From: Utricularia gibba
Lineage: Eukaryota > Plantae > Magnoliophyta
Reading direction: 5' to 3'
Length of the DNA: 64,000 nucleotides
Assembly (NCBI GenBank): GCA_002189035.1
Contig: CM007990.1
Location: forward strand, 6,014,001-6,078,000
Shown: one piece after another, positions 63,727-64,000 of the stretch
How the letters are laid out: every line of letters begins with the position of its first letter
Numbering within the stretch: position 1 is the first letter of the stretch
The notes under the pieces: generated by a model
Database searches by the model: none
What the model was told of the DNA's origin: nothing
The model's input: only the letters and a program-made list of their open reading frames with translations
Made by a program: the position numbers and the translations under genes

Positions 63727-64000
63727 TCACAAATGACCGAACGATGTGACCTTGGGGGGAGTTCCTTTATTTGGGGACTGTGGGGTTTCAGAAGTAGGGT
63801 TAGGGTTCGCATGATCATCTGATGATAACAAGAGAATGTGAGTACCTGGTAATCTGTTGGCGGCCGGGGGATGGCCACTATGATATCCAGTACGTGCACC
63901 TCCCACAGAGCGCCATGACGGGGCGTCGTTTTACGAGGAGCGCGATGCGTTACGGAATTCCTCCATGGCGGGGGAACCCCTAGATTTGCCTGCAGAAATC
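63727..64000 (-). CDS. 3' part of a second, tandem DUF569 gene, possibly truncated; 5' end outside the window
   Basis: PPWRNSVTH.AP and (R)HGALWEVHVLDI need one base restored at 63920-63922. A putative intron at 63778-63845 leads to a short exon ending at TGA 63727. The 3' end is uncertain. Confidence 0.55.

Overview
Nuclear euchromatin of a eudicot plant with an unusually compact genome: about 28 mostly intron-containing protein-coding genes and 2 tRNA genes in 64 kb (roughly one gene per 2.3 kb), many introns of 70-130 nt, and no recognisable transposon. Genes in order: PERK-like kinase (5' end only), DUF2232 membrane protein, SAMDC with its tiny and small uORFs, phage-type organellar RNA polymerase RpoT, GEK1, a PRP/PH-type Pro/Ser-rich peptide, tRNA-Asp, an RRM protein, HPPK-DHPS, FLN2, an ELM2/SANT protein, a C2H2 zinc-finger protein, a CLE9/10-type peptide, ClpF, a GT34 glycosyltransferase, VTI12, NAP-type NAC, GALT1, MIRO, MOG1, tRNA-iMet, ORC6, PKS, PMT2-type methyltransferase, RPL34, a GCD1-like protein, PRE-type HLH, a pseudokinase LRR-RLK and two tandem DUF569 genes. 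The main unexplained pattern is at least 12 single-base deficits, nearly all in C/G runs, that break 10 genes, some of them essential. This most likely reflects sequencing or assembly error, and it hides the CLE and PRE genes from the ORF track. I found no well-supported new biological system. The best real leads are an altered SAMDC tiny/small uORF overlap, an initiator tRNA with a G50:C64 pair at the usual purine-64 modification site, tRNAs wedged into very short spacers, and a few transcript-like intergenic segments. All family assignments are from recalled motifs; no database searches were run.
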